Shown: positions 9,018-17,899, counted from the first letter of the stretch. The stretch is 64,000 nucleotides of DNA from Acidimicrobiia bacterium (GCA_011523635.1 WTGI01000009.1:16781-80780), one strand, 5' to 3'. The notes: generated from the sequence alone by a model not told the origin. Translations and numbers: made by a program.

Positions 9018-10775
9018 TCAAAGGTCGGCGGCGCCGATGTCGAACAGGATCTCGTCCCCGCTGGTAGCGGCGCCGTGAAGGGCCGTGCTGAGCGGTAGCA
9101 GTTGTTCGAGGTAGAAACGGCAGGTGGTCTCCTTCCGGCGGTTTCCCGCGGCGACTGCGGCCGCTCCGGACTCCGCCATCATCGCTCCGGCCGCCACACC
9201 CCCGAACATGAGGCAGTAGGGGCTGGCGCCCGCCAGCACCCGGTTGGGCCGGTCGGTCTGGGCGAGCAGCCGGCCGGTGGCATCCTCGAGTCGAGAAAGG
9301 GCCGCGTCGAGGCTGTCCGCCGCGGCATACCACCCCACGTCGCGCAAGGCGGCCACGGATGGCCACAACGACCGGATGTATGACCCGACGGTCCGGCCTC
9401 CGTCCATGGGGAGCTTGCGCATTACCAGGTCGATGGCCTGGATGCCGTTGGTCCCCTCGTAGATCGGGGTGATGCGGGCGTCGCGCCAATGCTGGGCGGC
9501 GCCGGTCTCCTCGATGTAGCCCATGCCCCCATGCACCTGGATCCCGATCGAAGCCATCTCCACGCCGATCTCCGTGCACCACGACTTGACGACAGGGGTG
9601 AGGAGGGCGAGAAAGTTGGAGTGCCGGCGGCGCTGATCCTCGTCCGGCGCGGCATGGGACAGGTCCTGATGCATGGCCGCCCGGTAGATCAGGGATCGCA
9701 TAGCCTCCGTATAAGAGCGCATGGTCATCAGCATGCGCCGCACGTCGGGGTGATCGATGATCAGCGACATCGGCTCGGTGGCGCCTACCGCACGTCCCTG
9801 GCGCCGCTCTCTGGCGTAGGCGGCCGCCTGCTGGTAGGCCCGCTCCGCCACGGCCATACCCTGGATGCCCACCGATATCCGGGCGGTGTTCATCATCGTG
9901 AACATGTTCCGCATGCCTTGATCGGGGCCTCCCAGCAGGTATCCGACCGCTCCGCCCCGGTCCTCGCCGTAGGCCATGACACAGGTAGGGGTGGCCTTGA
10001 TACCCAGCTTGTGCTCCAGCGACACCACCTTGACATCGTTGCGCTCGCCCGGCTCGCCGTTTGGGTCCGGCAGGAGCTTGGGCACGATGAACATCGAGAT
10101 TCCCCTGGTGCCGGGCGGGGAACCGGTGATGCGGGCCAGTACCAGATGGATCACGTTGCCCGCCATGTCGTGGTCGCCGTAGGTGATGAATATCTTGGTC
10201 CCGGTCAGGCGGTAGGTTCCGTCCCCGGCAGGATGGGCCCTGGTGTCGAGGGCGCCCACATCGGATCCGGCGTGGGGCTCGGTGAGGTTCATCGTGGCCG
10301 ACCACTGGCCGGTGATCAGCTTGGGAAGGTACAGGTCCCTTTGCTCATCGGTTCCGTGGGCGGCGAGAGCGGTGATGGCGCTGGTGGTCAGCAGCGGGCC
10401 GGTACTGAAGGAGAGGCATCCCGAGGTGAAGAGCTCCTCGACGGCCACCCCGAGGATGCGGGGCATGTCGGCGCCACCCCAACGGGCCGGTGCGCCGATC
10501 GTCCCCCACCCGGCGTCGACGTAGGACTTGTAGGCCTCCTGGAATCCGGGCGGGGTGACCACCCGGCCGTCCTCGAGGGTCGACCCCTCCACGTCGCCAA
10601 CCCGGTTGAGAGGCGCCACCAGATCCTGGACGAAGCGGGCGCACTCTTCCAGCAGTGAGCCCACCACGTCCGGCTCGGCGTGGCGGAACGGTTCGAGGCC
10701 GAGGACGTGATCGAGGCCGGCGATGTGCTCGAGGGCGAAGCGGACGTCTCGGAGCGGGGCAACGTAGCCGGACAT
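9018..10775 (-). CDS. acyl-CoA dehydrogenase (long, FadE-like with C-terminal extension)
   Basis: ACAD N/M/C domains (GTKIFITYGDHD, PIYEGTNGIQAIDLV). The track ATG at 10949 is probably too far upstream. MSGYVAPLRDVRF (~10775) is the likely start. Confidence 0.8.
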   Translation of the reverse strand: MSGYVAPLRDVRFALEHIAGLDHVLGLEPFRHAEPDVVGSLLEECARFVQDLVAPLNRVGDVEGSTLEDGRVVTPPGFQEAYKSYVDAGWGTIGAPARWGGADMPRILGVAVEELFTSGCLSFSTGPLLTTSAITALAAHGTDEQRDLYLPKLITGQWSATMNLTEPHAGSDVGALDTRAHPAGDGTYRLTGTKIFITYGDHDMAGNVIHLVLARITGSPPGTRGISMFIVPKLLPDPNGEPGERNDVKVVSLEHKLGIKATPTCVMAYGEDRGGAVGYLLGGPDQGMRNMFTMMNTARISVGIQGMAVAERAYQQAAAYARERRQGRAVGATEPMSLIIDHPDVRRMLMTMRSYTEAMRSLIYRAAMHQDLSHAAPDEDQRRRHSNFLALLTPVVKSWCTEIGVEMASIGIQVHGGMGYIEETGAAQHWRDARITPIYEGTNGIQAIDLVMRKLPMDGGRTVGSYIRSLWPSVAALRDVGWYAAADSLDAALSRLEDATGRLLAQTDRPNRVLAGASPYCLMFGGVAAGAMMAESGAAAVAAGNRRKETTCRFYLEQLLPLSTALHGAATSGDEILFDIGAADL

Positions 10776-10956
10776 GGGCCGCGATTCTAGGTCCGCCCGA
10801 GCGGCCTTCGACCGGCGTCCACCGGCCGGGTAGAGCTCGGGATCTGCCCCGAAGGCACCAGCGTTTTCTCGCGTTCCCGCAAGAGGGGGTTGAATGTGTC
10901 CTACCTCCGCGGTACGTTGCCCACTGCCAAGCACTGACAACCGGTACATGAACTAT

Positions 10957-11118
10957 GCCATTGGCTTTACCGGTCCGAGGGAACATACGAACTTCATGGA
11001 GCGATCGCCGATTCCCGGCAACCACCCGGGTATGGCCGACCACGCTCCGAACAGCAACGGCGGTGGAGGCGGGGGGTGGGCCCGGTGCGGAGCACCGTTT
11101 TTCGCGACTTTTCGCGGG
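10957..11118 (+). repeat. Copy 2 of the ~165-nt repeated structured element
   Basis: About 80% identical to 4008..4171 with compensatory changes in the hairpin (CGGTGC-GGA-GCACCG versus CCGGTGC-GGA-GCGCCGG). It ends 11 nt before the stop of the minus-strand CGS-family gene, so it is antisense to its neighbours. Confidence 0.6.
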
Positions 11119-11128
11119 ATGTGCGGGA

Positions 11129-12280
11129 CTAGAGGCGGTCCAGCCCTTGCGTCAGGTCCTCGATCAGGTCCTCGACGTCCTCGAGGCCCACGGAGATGCG
11201 CACCAGCCCGTCGGTAATGCCGACCCGGAGACGTTCGGGTTTCTCGACATCGGCGTGGGTCATGGTGACCGGATGGGTGATCAGCGACTCCACCGACCCT
11301 AGGTTCTCCGCCAGGGTCCACACCCGGAGAGATCTCATCAGCGCCTTGGCGGCCTCCACGCCGCCCTCGACCTCGAACCATCCCATGGCGCCGTATCCGG
11401 AGGCCTGCTTGGTGGCCAGTTCGTGCTGGGGGAACGAGGCCAACCCCGGGTAGGAGACACCGGTCACCTTGGGGTGGTCCTCCAAGAACTCGGCCACCGC
11501 CATGGCGTTGGCCGATTGGCGATCCATCCGCTCGCTCAGGGTCTTGCTGCCTTGGAGCGTCAGCCACGCCACCATGGGCGACATGATCAGGCCGGCTGCG
11601 TTCTGCACGAATGCCACCGCCTCCGAGAGCGCCTCCGTCCGGGACACCACCGCTCCACCCACCGTGGCGTTATGACCGTCGAAGTACTTGGTGGTGGAGT
11701 GCACCACCAGGTCGGCGCCGAGCTCGATCGGGCGCTGGAAATAGGGAGTCAGGAAGGTGTTGTCCACTGCGTGGGGGATTCCCAGCGAGGTGGCGATCTC
11801 GGAGACCGCGGCGATGTCCGTGTACTTGAGGGTCGGGTTGGCGGGTGTCTCGGTGAAGACGAGCCGGGTCCGTTCGTTGATCGCGGCCCTCACCGCATCG
11901 AGGTCGGATGTGTCGGCGAAGGTGAAGTCCACCCCGAATCGGGTGAACACCTTGGTGGCGAGGCGGTAGGTGCCCCCGTAGGCGACATCGCTGACCACCG
12001 CGTGATCCCCGGCATTGAGGAGGGCCATGAAAACGGCGTTGGTGGCGGCCATGCCGGACGAGAACGCCGCCGAGCCGATCCCGCCCTCCAGCTTGGCGAC
12101 TCGGGCCTCGAACGCCGTGACGGTGGGGTTGCCGGAACGGGAGTACGAGTAACCGGTAGCCATGTAGTCGTCCACCGACGGCTGCACGAAGGTGGTCGAC
12201 TGATGTATGGGCGTGAGGATGGCGCCACTGGAAGGGTCAGGCGTCACCCCGGCATGTATCTGGTCTGTTCTGAACCCCAT
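11129..12280 (-). CDS. Cys/Met-metabolism PLP-dependent enzyme (cystathionine gamma-synthase / gamma-lyase family)
   Basis: 383 aa, HAGVTPDPSSGAILTPIHQSTTF, YSRSGNPT, HSTTKYFDGHN lysine motif. MetB, MetC and MccB cannot be told apart by eye. Confidence 0.75.
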   Translation of the reverse strand: MGFRTDQIHAGVTPDPSSGAILTPIHQSTTFVQPSVDDYMATGYSYSRSGNPTVTAFEARVAKLEGGIGSAAFSSGMAATNAVFMALLNAGDHAVVSDVAYGGTYRLATKVFTRFGVDFTFADTSDLDAVRAAINERTRLVFTETPANPTLKYTDIAAVSEIATSLGIPHAVDNTFLTPYFQRPIELGADLVVHSTTKYFDGHNATVGGAVVSRTEALSEAVAFVQNAAGLIMSPMVAWLTLQGSKTLSERMDRQSANAMAVAEFLEDHPKVTGVSYPGLASFPQHELATKQASGYGAMGWFEVEGGVEAAKALMRSLRVWTLAENLGSVESLITHPVTMTHADVEKPERLRVGITDGLVRISVGLEDVEDLIEDLTQGLDRL

Positions 12281-12358
12281 CGGCCTCCTAGGACGGTTGC
12301 CAGGTTACCCCGACGTGCGGGATAGCCCGGCCGCGGGCGGGTACCATCGCCAGCCGGG

Positions 12359-13366
12359 ATGATCAACAAGGCGCACACGATCACGACCACCGAGATGCAC
12401 ACCGGCGGGGAGCCGGTCCGGATCGTGGAGTCCGGGTACCCGCCCATCCCGGGGGCCACCATCCTGGACAAGCGCCGCTACGTCCGTGCGGAGCTCGACC
12501 ACCTACGTACGGCGCTCATGCACGAACCGCGCGGCCACTTCGACATGTACGGCGTGATTCCCGTGGAGCCCGACCTTCCCGAAGCCGACCTCGCGGTGCT
12601 GTTCATGCACAACTCGGGTTACTCCACCATGTGCGGCCACGCCGTCATCGCGTTGGGCAGGTACGCGGTGGACAGGGGACTGGTTCCGAAGGTGGCGCCC
12701 GAGACCAGGATGGTGATCCAGTGCCCGTGCGGGCCGGTGGCGGTCCGCATCGAGGTGAACGGAGGCGATGCCGGAGCGGTCGGCTTCGAGAGCGTGCCCG
12801 CCTTCGCCCACACCCTCGACCTTGAAGTGGAAGTAGAGGGTTATGGTACGGTCTCGTGTGACATAGCGTACGGGGGCGCCTTCTATGCCGTAGCCGACGC
12901 CGGCCGGTTCGGGTTGGAGGTGCCGGGTTCTCCGGTCGCGGAACTGGTCACCGCCGCCAACGCTCTCTCCGGAGCAGTGCGGGAGCGTGTCGAACTCGCC
13001 CATACCGATGCCGATGACCTGGGGTATCTGTACGGGTCTGTCCTGACCGACGGCCGGGACGGCGAACCTGTCTCGGCCAACGTTTGCGTGTTCGCCGATT
13101 CCCAGGTTGATCGGAGCCCTACCGGCTCGGGAGTGACCGCTCGGATGGCCCTTGGCCACGCTCGAGGGCAGGTTGGTCCAGGCGAGGTGCGTACCTTCGA
13201 GAGCGTCACCGGATCGACCATGACCGGCCGGGTCGTGGCAGAGGGCGTGGTCGGTGATCTGCCGGCAGTCACAGTGGAGGTATGCGGGGAGGCCTACTAC
13301 ACCGGCGCGGCGTCGTTCGTCATCGAGCCGGACGACCCCTTCCGTCACGGCTTCCTGGTGCGGTAG
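12359..13366 (+). CDS. proline racemase family protein, predicted trans-3-hydroxy-L-proline dehydratase type (Cys/Thr catalytic pair)
   Basis: Family motifs SGYSTMCGHAVIALGRY (first catalytic Cys) and DRSPTGSGVTARMA, where the second catalytic Cys is replaced by Thr. Confidence 0.6.
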   Translation: MINKAHTITTTEMHTGGEPVRIVESGYPPIPGATILDKRRYVRAELDHLRTALMHEPRGHFDMYGVIPVEPDLPEADLAVLFMHNSGYSTMCGHAVIALGRYAVDRGLVPKVAPETRMVIQCPCGPVAVRIEVNGGDAGAVGFESVPAFAHTLDLEVEVEGYGTVSCDIAYGGAFYAVADAGRFGLEVPGSPVAELVTAANALSGAVRERVELAHTDADDLGYLYGSVLTDGRDGEPVSANVCVFADSQVDRSPTGSGVTARMALGHARGQVGPGEVRTFESVTGSTMTGRVVAEGVVGDLPAVTVEVCGEAYYTGAASFVIEPDDPFRHGFLVR

Positions 13367-13391
13367 GGGGACCAGACTCTCTCAGGCCCGC

Positions 13392-13862
13392 TTAGACACG
13401 CGTGAGTTCGGCTTCGAGATGGACCTGAAGGGGCTGGCCGACGGCGGCCATCGACAGCCGGTACCGCATGGTGTCTCCCACCACCCTGATGCTGCGCTCC
13501 ACCCGCGCTACCTCGACGGCGGTCGGGCTCAGCCTGACGTCCTTGGACCGGAAGCACACCTCGTCCCTGCCTATCTCTCCCGTGTGGATCTCGACTATTC
13601 CGGTCGGTTGGGCGATGACAAGCTCGGCCCCGTCCGGACCTCCGGGCCGGATGTAACCCGACTCGGAGTGGAGCGGTTCGGCTCCGCCGGCCCGTCTCGT
13701 CCGTTGCCGGTAGGCGATGAACGGCTTGCCCGGGCCCGGGGTGAAGACGGCTTCCTCGACATACTCGAAGGGTTCGATGGTCGGGTACCGGCCGTTGCCG
13801 TGACCTTTCCAGGTCCCGACCAGGAAGGCCAGCGAGTCCAGGTCGGGGTGCGCTCGGCTCAC
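13392..13862 (-). CDS. nitrobindin / THAP4-like heme-binding beta-barrel (DUF1794, Rv2717c-like) protein
   Basis: [27 protein letters not shown]...SGYIRP...RLSPTAVE...GDTMRY matches the UPF0678/nitrobindin lipocalin-like family. The GTG start overlaps the msrA stop as GTGA, which implies translational coupling. Confidence 0.55.
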   Translation of the reverse strand: MSRAHPDLDSLAFLVGTWKGHGNGRYPTIEPFEYVEEAVFTPGPGKPFIAYRQRTRRAGGAEPLHSESGYIRPGGPDGAELVIAQPTGIVEIHTGEIGRDEVCFRSKDVRLSPTAVEVARVERSIRVVGDTMRYRLSMAAVGQPLQVHLEAELTRV

Positions 13863-14506
13863 CGAGGCGCCGGTACCCGGCAGGACACTCCGGTTCCCTT
13901 GAGGCCGCAGTAGCCGTTGGGGATCTTGGCCAGGTACTGCTGGTGGTAGTCCTCGGCGTAGTAGAAGGTGGGCGCCTCCCGGATCTCGGTGGTAACCGGC
14001 CCGTAGCCCCGAGCGGCCAGATCCCACTCGTAGGCCTCCTTGGTCTCCCGGGCTAGCTTGCCCTGGGCCTCGGATGTCCAGTAGATCGCCGACCGGTACT
14101 GGGTGCCCCTATCGTTCCCCTGGCGCATTCCCTGGGTCGGGTCGTGTTCCTCCCAGAACGGCTTCAGGAGGTCTCCGTAGGAGACGACCTCCGGATCGAA
14201 CACCACCATCACCGCCTCGGTATGCCCTGTGTATCCGCTGCAGACTTCCCGGTAGGTCGGATTTGGGGTGAACCCACCCTGATAACCGGCCGCGGTCGTG
14301 TACACCCCGGGAATCTGCCAGTAGATCCGTTCCACCCCCCAGAAGCAACCCATGCCGAAATAGGCGAGATCCATACCGTCCGGGAACGGCGGTGCGATGG
14401 TTCGCCCATGCACGAAATGCGGGCGCGGCTCCAGGACCGGGGCGTCCCGTCCCGGCAGGGCCGACTCCGCCGAGATCAACATGTTCTTGGTGGTCCGGAA
14501 CATCAA
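13859..14506 (-). CDS. msrA: peptide-methionine (S)-S-oxide reductase
   Basis: GMGCFWGVE active-site motif and [26 protein letters not shown], the classic MsrA. Confidence 0.85.
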   Translation of the reverse strand: MMFRTTKNMLISAESALPGRDAPVLEPRPHFVHGRTIAPPFPDGMDLAYFGMGCFWGVERIYWQIPGVYTTAAGYQGGFTPNPTYREVCSGYTGHTEAVMVVFDPEVVSYGDLLKPFWEEHDPTQGMRQGNDRGTQYRSAIYWTSEAQGKLARETKEAYEWDLAARGYGPVTTEIREAPTFYYAEDYHQQYLAKIPNGYCGLKGTGVSCRVPAPR

Positions 14507-14649
14507 CCCTCACCCTCGTCGCCTACCCGGAATCCTACTCCCGGGCCGTTGCTAGCCTGCACGCCCGGAGCCCTCATCGAGGTACTTCACGGATCCAGAC
14601 CCCCTAGCCTCGCGGTCGCGGATCGGAATCGACATGGAGGTGTGCACGG

Positions 14650-15495
14650 ATGCGCGTCGGGGTGAACATTTTCCTCACCGAATACTCGATCCAGCCGGTC
14701 CAGCTGGGGGAGGAGTTGGAGGCTCGGGGGTACGAGTCGCTCTGGGTGGCGGAGCACAGCCACATCCCGACCAGCCGGGTCACTCCTTGGGGTGGGCGGA
14801 AGAATGCCCCGCCGCTGCCGAAGGAGTACTGGTACACCTACGACTCGTTCGTGGCGCTGGCCGCGATCGCAGCGACCACCGATCGGCTGAAGGTCGGCAC
14901 GGGCATCGCCCTGGTGGCGCAACGGGATCCGATCTGGCTGGCCAAGGAGGTGGCGTCGCTGGACATCATCTCCGAAGGACGGTTCGAGTTCGGGATCGGG
15001 TTCGGCTGGAACCGGGAGGAGATGGCGAGCCACGGCATCGAGTCTCGGACCAGGCACAGGCTGGTCCGGGAGAAAGTCGCCCTGATGAAGGCTCTGTGGA
15101 CTCAGGACCTGGTCTCCTACGAGGGAGAGATGATCAGCCTGGAGGAGAGTTGGGCGTGGCCCAAGCCCTACCAGAAGCCGCATCCCCCCATCGTGATGGG
15201 AAGCGGAGGAGGCCCCATGGCCCTGGCGGCGGTGGCCGAATACTGCGACGGCTGGATGCCGGTGCACCCGCAGAACCTGGCCGGCGACATCGCCACCTTG
15301 CACGGCCTGCTGGAGCAGGCCGGGAGGGATCCGTCGGAGGTTGACATCGGCGTCTACGGCAGCCAGCCGGATCCTGAGCTGTGGAAGGAGTACAAAGCCT
15401 TGGGGGTGTCCCGGGTGACAATCTTCCTACCTCCCGCGCCCGCTGACGTCGTGGTGCCCCTACTCGATCAGCATCGTCACCTGGTCGACAACTAG
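14650..15495 (+). CDS. LLM-class (luciferase-like) F420-dependent oxidoreductase
   Basis: TIM-barrel LLM pattern (VGTGIALVAQRDPIWLAKEVASLDIISEGRFEFGIGFGW) and a mycobacterial-type F420 LLM family C-terminal region. Confidence 0.65.
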   Translation: MRVGVNIFLTEYSIQPVQLGEELEARGYESLWVAEHSHIPTSRVTPWGGRKNAPPLPKEYWYTYDSFVALAAIAATTDRLKVGTGIALVAQRDPIWLAKEVASLDIISEGRFEFGIGFGWNREEMASHGIESRTRHRLVREKVALMKALWTQDLVSYEGEMISLEESWAWPKPYQKPHPPIVMGSGGGPMALAAVAEYCDGWMPVHPQNLAGDIATLHGLLEQAGRDPSEVDIGVYGSQPDPELWKEYKALGVSRVTIFLPPAPADVVVPLLDQHRHLVDN

Positions 15496-15668
15496 CACCC
15501 CGCCCTGCCCGGCCGGCCATTGCGGCCATGGGTGAAGAGCCCTGGGTTCCGGGTGCCTGCTCTGGGACGCGCCTCCCGGATGGCGCCGGTCGACTCGCTC
15601 CGGGCCGGGGCAACCGGATGAAGCGGGTACGATGTCGCGATTGCGAGCGAGCCGGCGAGGATGCGTAG

Positions 15669-15944
15669 GTGAGTTACCAGGGTTACGTACGTGTCATCGG
15701 CGAGGGCGGGAACATCCTGGACGTGGCCGAGGTGTCTTTGGGTGAGATCGACCATCCGGGCCACCGCTGGGGTGGCACCATGACCGTGTGGAGTGGGGGC
15801 GCGCTCGACGGCAAGACCATGATGGTCGATCTGGAGGTCCCCGGTTCCTTCCGGGCGCCCGCCCTGATCCTTCCGGGCCCGGTATCGGGTAGGCAGCGCC
15901 AGATGTCGGTGCTGGGTAGCGGGGACTCGCCCTTCGCCGGCTGA
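15669..15944 (+). CDS. hypothetical small protein
   Basis: 91-aa ORF with coding-like GC3. No motif recognised. Confidence 0.3.
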   Translation: MSYQGYVRVIGEGGNILDVAEVSLGEIDHPGHRWGGTMTVWSGGALDGKTMMVDLEVPGSFRAPALILPGPVSGRQRQMSVLGSGDSPFAG

Positions 15945-15956
15945 ACCTTTACAGCT

Positions 15957-16457
15957 TCAGGGCAGGATCCAGGCCTCCGAGCCGTCGCCCGAAGCCGCCG
16001 CGGCCAGGTTGCGGACGCTGTTGATCACCGCTCCGAGGAGGGCAAGGACCAGGGCGGCATAGATAACCAGGACGGAAAGGATCGGAAGCGAACTCACCAG
16101 GGAAGGAACCGTGGTGGCGGCCGTGTAGAGGATGACCAGCGTGGACCAGGTCATGATCACCGCAACGATGAAGAAGACCGGCTTCGAAGCCCCCTCCGAC
16201 CGACCGATCCCCTTGTATATCAGGGGCGCCAGCACCGCCAGAATCCCGAAGGCGAGCATGGTGGCCTGCGCCCCCGCCCCCAGCAGCACCAGGACCAGGG
16301 CCAGCACCACCGCGATGCTCGAAGACCAGCTTGCGGAGAAGGACCACTGCAGCGGGCCGACCGTGCCCGACCATCCGTCCTGGGAATCGCGCACGGCCGC
16401 GTATGCGATCAGGAGTGCCACCAGGCCGATGGCAATGATCATCGTTTGCGGGTTCAT
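15957..16457 (-). CDS. hypothetical integral membrane protein (4-5 TM)
   Basis: Multiple hydrophobic helices (IIAIGLVALLIAYAAV, IAVVLALVLVLLGAGA, FFIVAVIMTWSTLVILY). The start is probably MNPQTMII. Confidence 0.5.
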   Translation of the reverse strand: MNPQTMIIAIGLVALLIAYAAVRDSQDGWSGTVGPLQWSFSASWSSSIAVVLALVLVLLGAGAQATMLAFGILAVLAPLIYKGIGRSEGASKPVFFIVAVIMTWSTLVILYTAATTVPSLVSSLPILSVLVIYAALVLALLGAVINSVRNLAAAASGDGSEAWILP

Positions 16458-16627
16458 GTGCTCCTCCCGTTCGTTCTGCCAGGCCCGCCAGGAGGGGATG
16501 CTCATCTCTCGCTGGCCGCGGGCTTGTGTTCCGTCCCTTGGTAGTTAGGACTCTACGGTACGCGTGGGCGTTTCACGAGTAGATTCCGCCGCGGACGACC
16601 CGGCCGTTGAGCGATCGGAGGTGCCGG

Positions 16628-16746
16628 TTGAGGTTTGCCGAGGTGGTTGCTACGTCGCGGAAGATCGCGGGCACGAGGGCGCGCCGCGCCAAGGTAGCCG
16701 GTCTGGCCGATCTCCTCGCTCGGGCGGAGCCCGAAGAGATACGGAT
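16628..16746 (+). pseudogene. 5' fragment (about 40 codons) of an ATP-dependent DNA ligase (LigB-like), separated from the rest of the gene by an IS insertion
   Basis: TTG start with a GGAGG RBS. It encodes MRFAEVVATSRKIAGTRARRAKVAGLADLLARAEPEEIR, a LigB N-terminus. The frame resumes exactly at 19866 after the element (EEIR|ILVGFLSGRP). Confidence 0.7.
16739..16746. repeat. 8-bp target-site duplication, left copy (ATACGGAT)
   Basis: Identical 8-mer at 19866..19873, immediately outside the other inverted repeat. Confidence 0.8.
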
Positions 16747-16768
16747 GGGAATTATACGCTTGACTTGA
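16747..16768. repeat. left terminal inverted repeat of the IS1595-family element
   Basis: GGGAATTATACGCTTGACTTGA. Similarity extends a few nt further inward. Confidence 0.8.
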
Positions 16769-16783
16769 AGCGGAGCGGGGTAT

Positions 16784-16960
16784 CAGTCGAGGAGTGCTTC
16801 AGCGGCAGCGTCTAGGAACTCGATGTCATGCTGGTAGGCCGCGATTATCCGCTGGGCGTCGTCGGGCGTGATGAACGTGTTGGTGAGGTCTGAGACCAAC
16901 CGATCGGTCCGTCCCTGCTTCAGGGCTTCAACGTCGGGGGTTGGCTGTTCGTCTGTCATT
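16784..16960 (-). CDS. hypothetical small protein (58 aa) inside the transposon
   Basis: Not in the track because it is under 60 aa. ATG preceded by an AGGAGGGA RBS. MTDEQPTPDVEALKQGRTDRLVSDLTNTFITPDDAQRIIAAYQHDIEFLDAAAEALLD. Confidence 0.3.
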
Positions 16961-17093
16961 CTGGTCCCTCCTGGTGAGTGGTGGCTTCCCGATCAGCGCT
17001 CTGGCTACGTCGATGGGTGTGGCACCCCGATAGGCCGGGTTCTCCGCCGGTGTGTGTGACCACTCATCGACCTTCGCCCGGCGGGTTTCGTCC

Positions 17094-17366
17094 TTAGACA
17101 CCGGCGCCGCCTTCTAGGTCCTGGACCCGAACGGTCAGGTCCGATACCGCGTCGATAAGCGCGGTGACGCCGGACTTGACGAAAGTCATGTCGTTCTCCA
17201 ACCCGTCGAGCCGTCCGTCCATTATGTCGAGTCTGCCGTCTATCCCGTCGAGCCTGCCGTTGATCCTGCCGATATCGCCCTTGATGACACCAAGGTCGTT
17301 CAGGATCACCGAGAACGCGGTCTCGATGTCGAACCCCTTGGGTTGACGGCGCGGCAGCGCGGCCAT
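17094..17366 (-). CDS. small coiled-coil protein with DGxxGRLD heptad-like repeats (passenger gene)
   Basis: The 90-aa version starts at MAALPRRQ with a GGAAGGAA RBS. Repeats are GRINGRLDGIDGRLDIMDGRLDGLEND. It loosely resembles XhlA-like phage coiled-coil proteins. Confidence 0.45.
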   Translation of the reverse strand: MAALPRRQPKGFDIETAFSVILNDLGVIKGDIGRINGRLDGIDGRLDIMDGRLDGLENDMTFVKSGVTALIDAVSDLTVRVQDLEGGAGV

Positions 17367-17449
17367 CTTGGTTCCTTCCAGATTGGACTGACTCGATCCT
17401 AACTCTACCAGCCGGGCGACAACCGTTGTCACGATCCGGTACGCTGGGC

Positions 17450-17567
17450 GTTGCCACCGACAACCCAGGAATCCCGCACCCGTGAGGGACCTGTACCGCA
17501 TGGTCCCTTCGGTCGGTTACGGGTTCCTGTGTCGGTGGCAACGGTACAGACCCCAACCGAAGGGACC
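17450..17567 (+). promoter_or_regulatory. structured 5' leader with RBS-sequestering alternative pairing upstream of the small membrane protein / SLH protein genes
   Basis: 13-bp perfect outer stem GTTGCCACCGACA...TGTCGGTGGCAAC and inner stem GAGGGACC..GGTCCCTTC. The segment GGTCCCTTCGG is also perfectly complementary to CCGAAGGGACC, which contains the GAAGGGA RBS 6 nt before the ATG at 17573. Confidence 0.45.
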
Positions 17568-17572
17568 ACCAC

Positions 17573-17896
17573 ATGGCCGACGATCTTGTACTTGAGGGGC
17601 AACCCGCCGCCCAGCCACCCATTCAGGCCGCCCCGAGCACCCGCGGTATCTTCTACGTGCTGGTCGGAATCCTGATCGTCCTCGCGGGCATTCTGTACTT
17701 CGTAGCTGACCAGGCTCTAGTCAACCCCATCAAACTGAAACAGGACTATTGCGTAGAGAGCGACGGCCAGGTCGTCTGGTCCACCGGCGGCGGCCTGATA
17801 TGCGACCAGAGACCCCTCCAGTCAATCGGTGAGAGCTTCGGCCAGAACGATTGGGTCATCATGGACGGCGCCTCGGCTAACCCCTTCGGCGGGTAG
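17573..17896 (+). CDS. small single-pass membrane protein (passenger gene)
   Basis: 107 aa. TM is GIFYVLVGILIVLAGILYFV. The C-terminal ectodomain has two Cys. Confidence 0.45.
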   Translation: MADDLVLEGQPAAQPPIQAAPSTRGIFYVLVGILIVLAGILYFVADQALVNPIKLKQDYCVESDGQVVWSTGGGLICDQRPLQSIGESFGQNDWVIMDGASANPFGG

Positions 17897-17899
17897 ACC

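Noticed and set aside
16564-16815. Track ORFs 16564..16815 and 16868..17059 as genes
   Set aside because: 16564..16815 is the wrong frame of the ligase 5' fragment and runs through the transposon inverted repeat. 16868..17059 has no RBS or motif and overlaps the better-supported minus-strand 58-aa ORF region.
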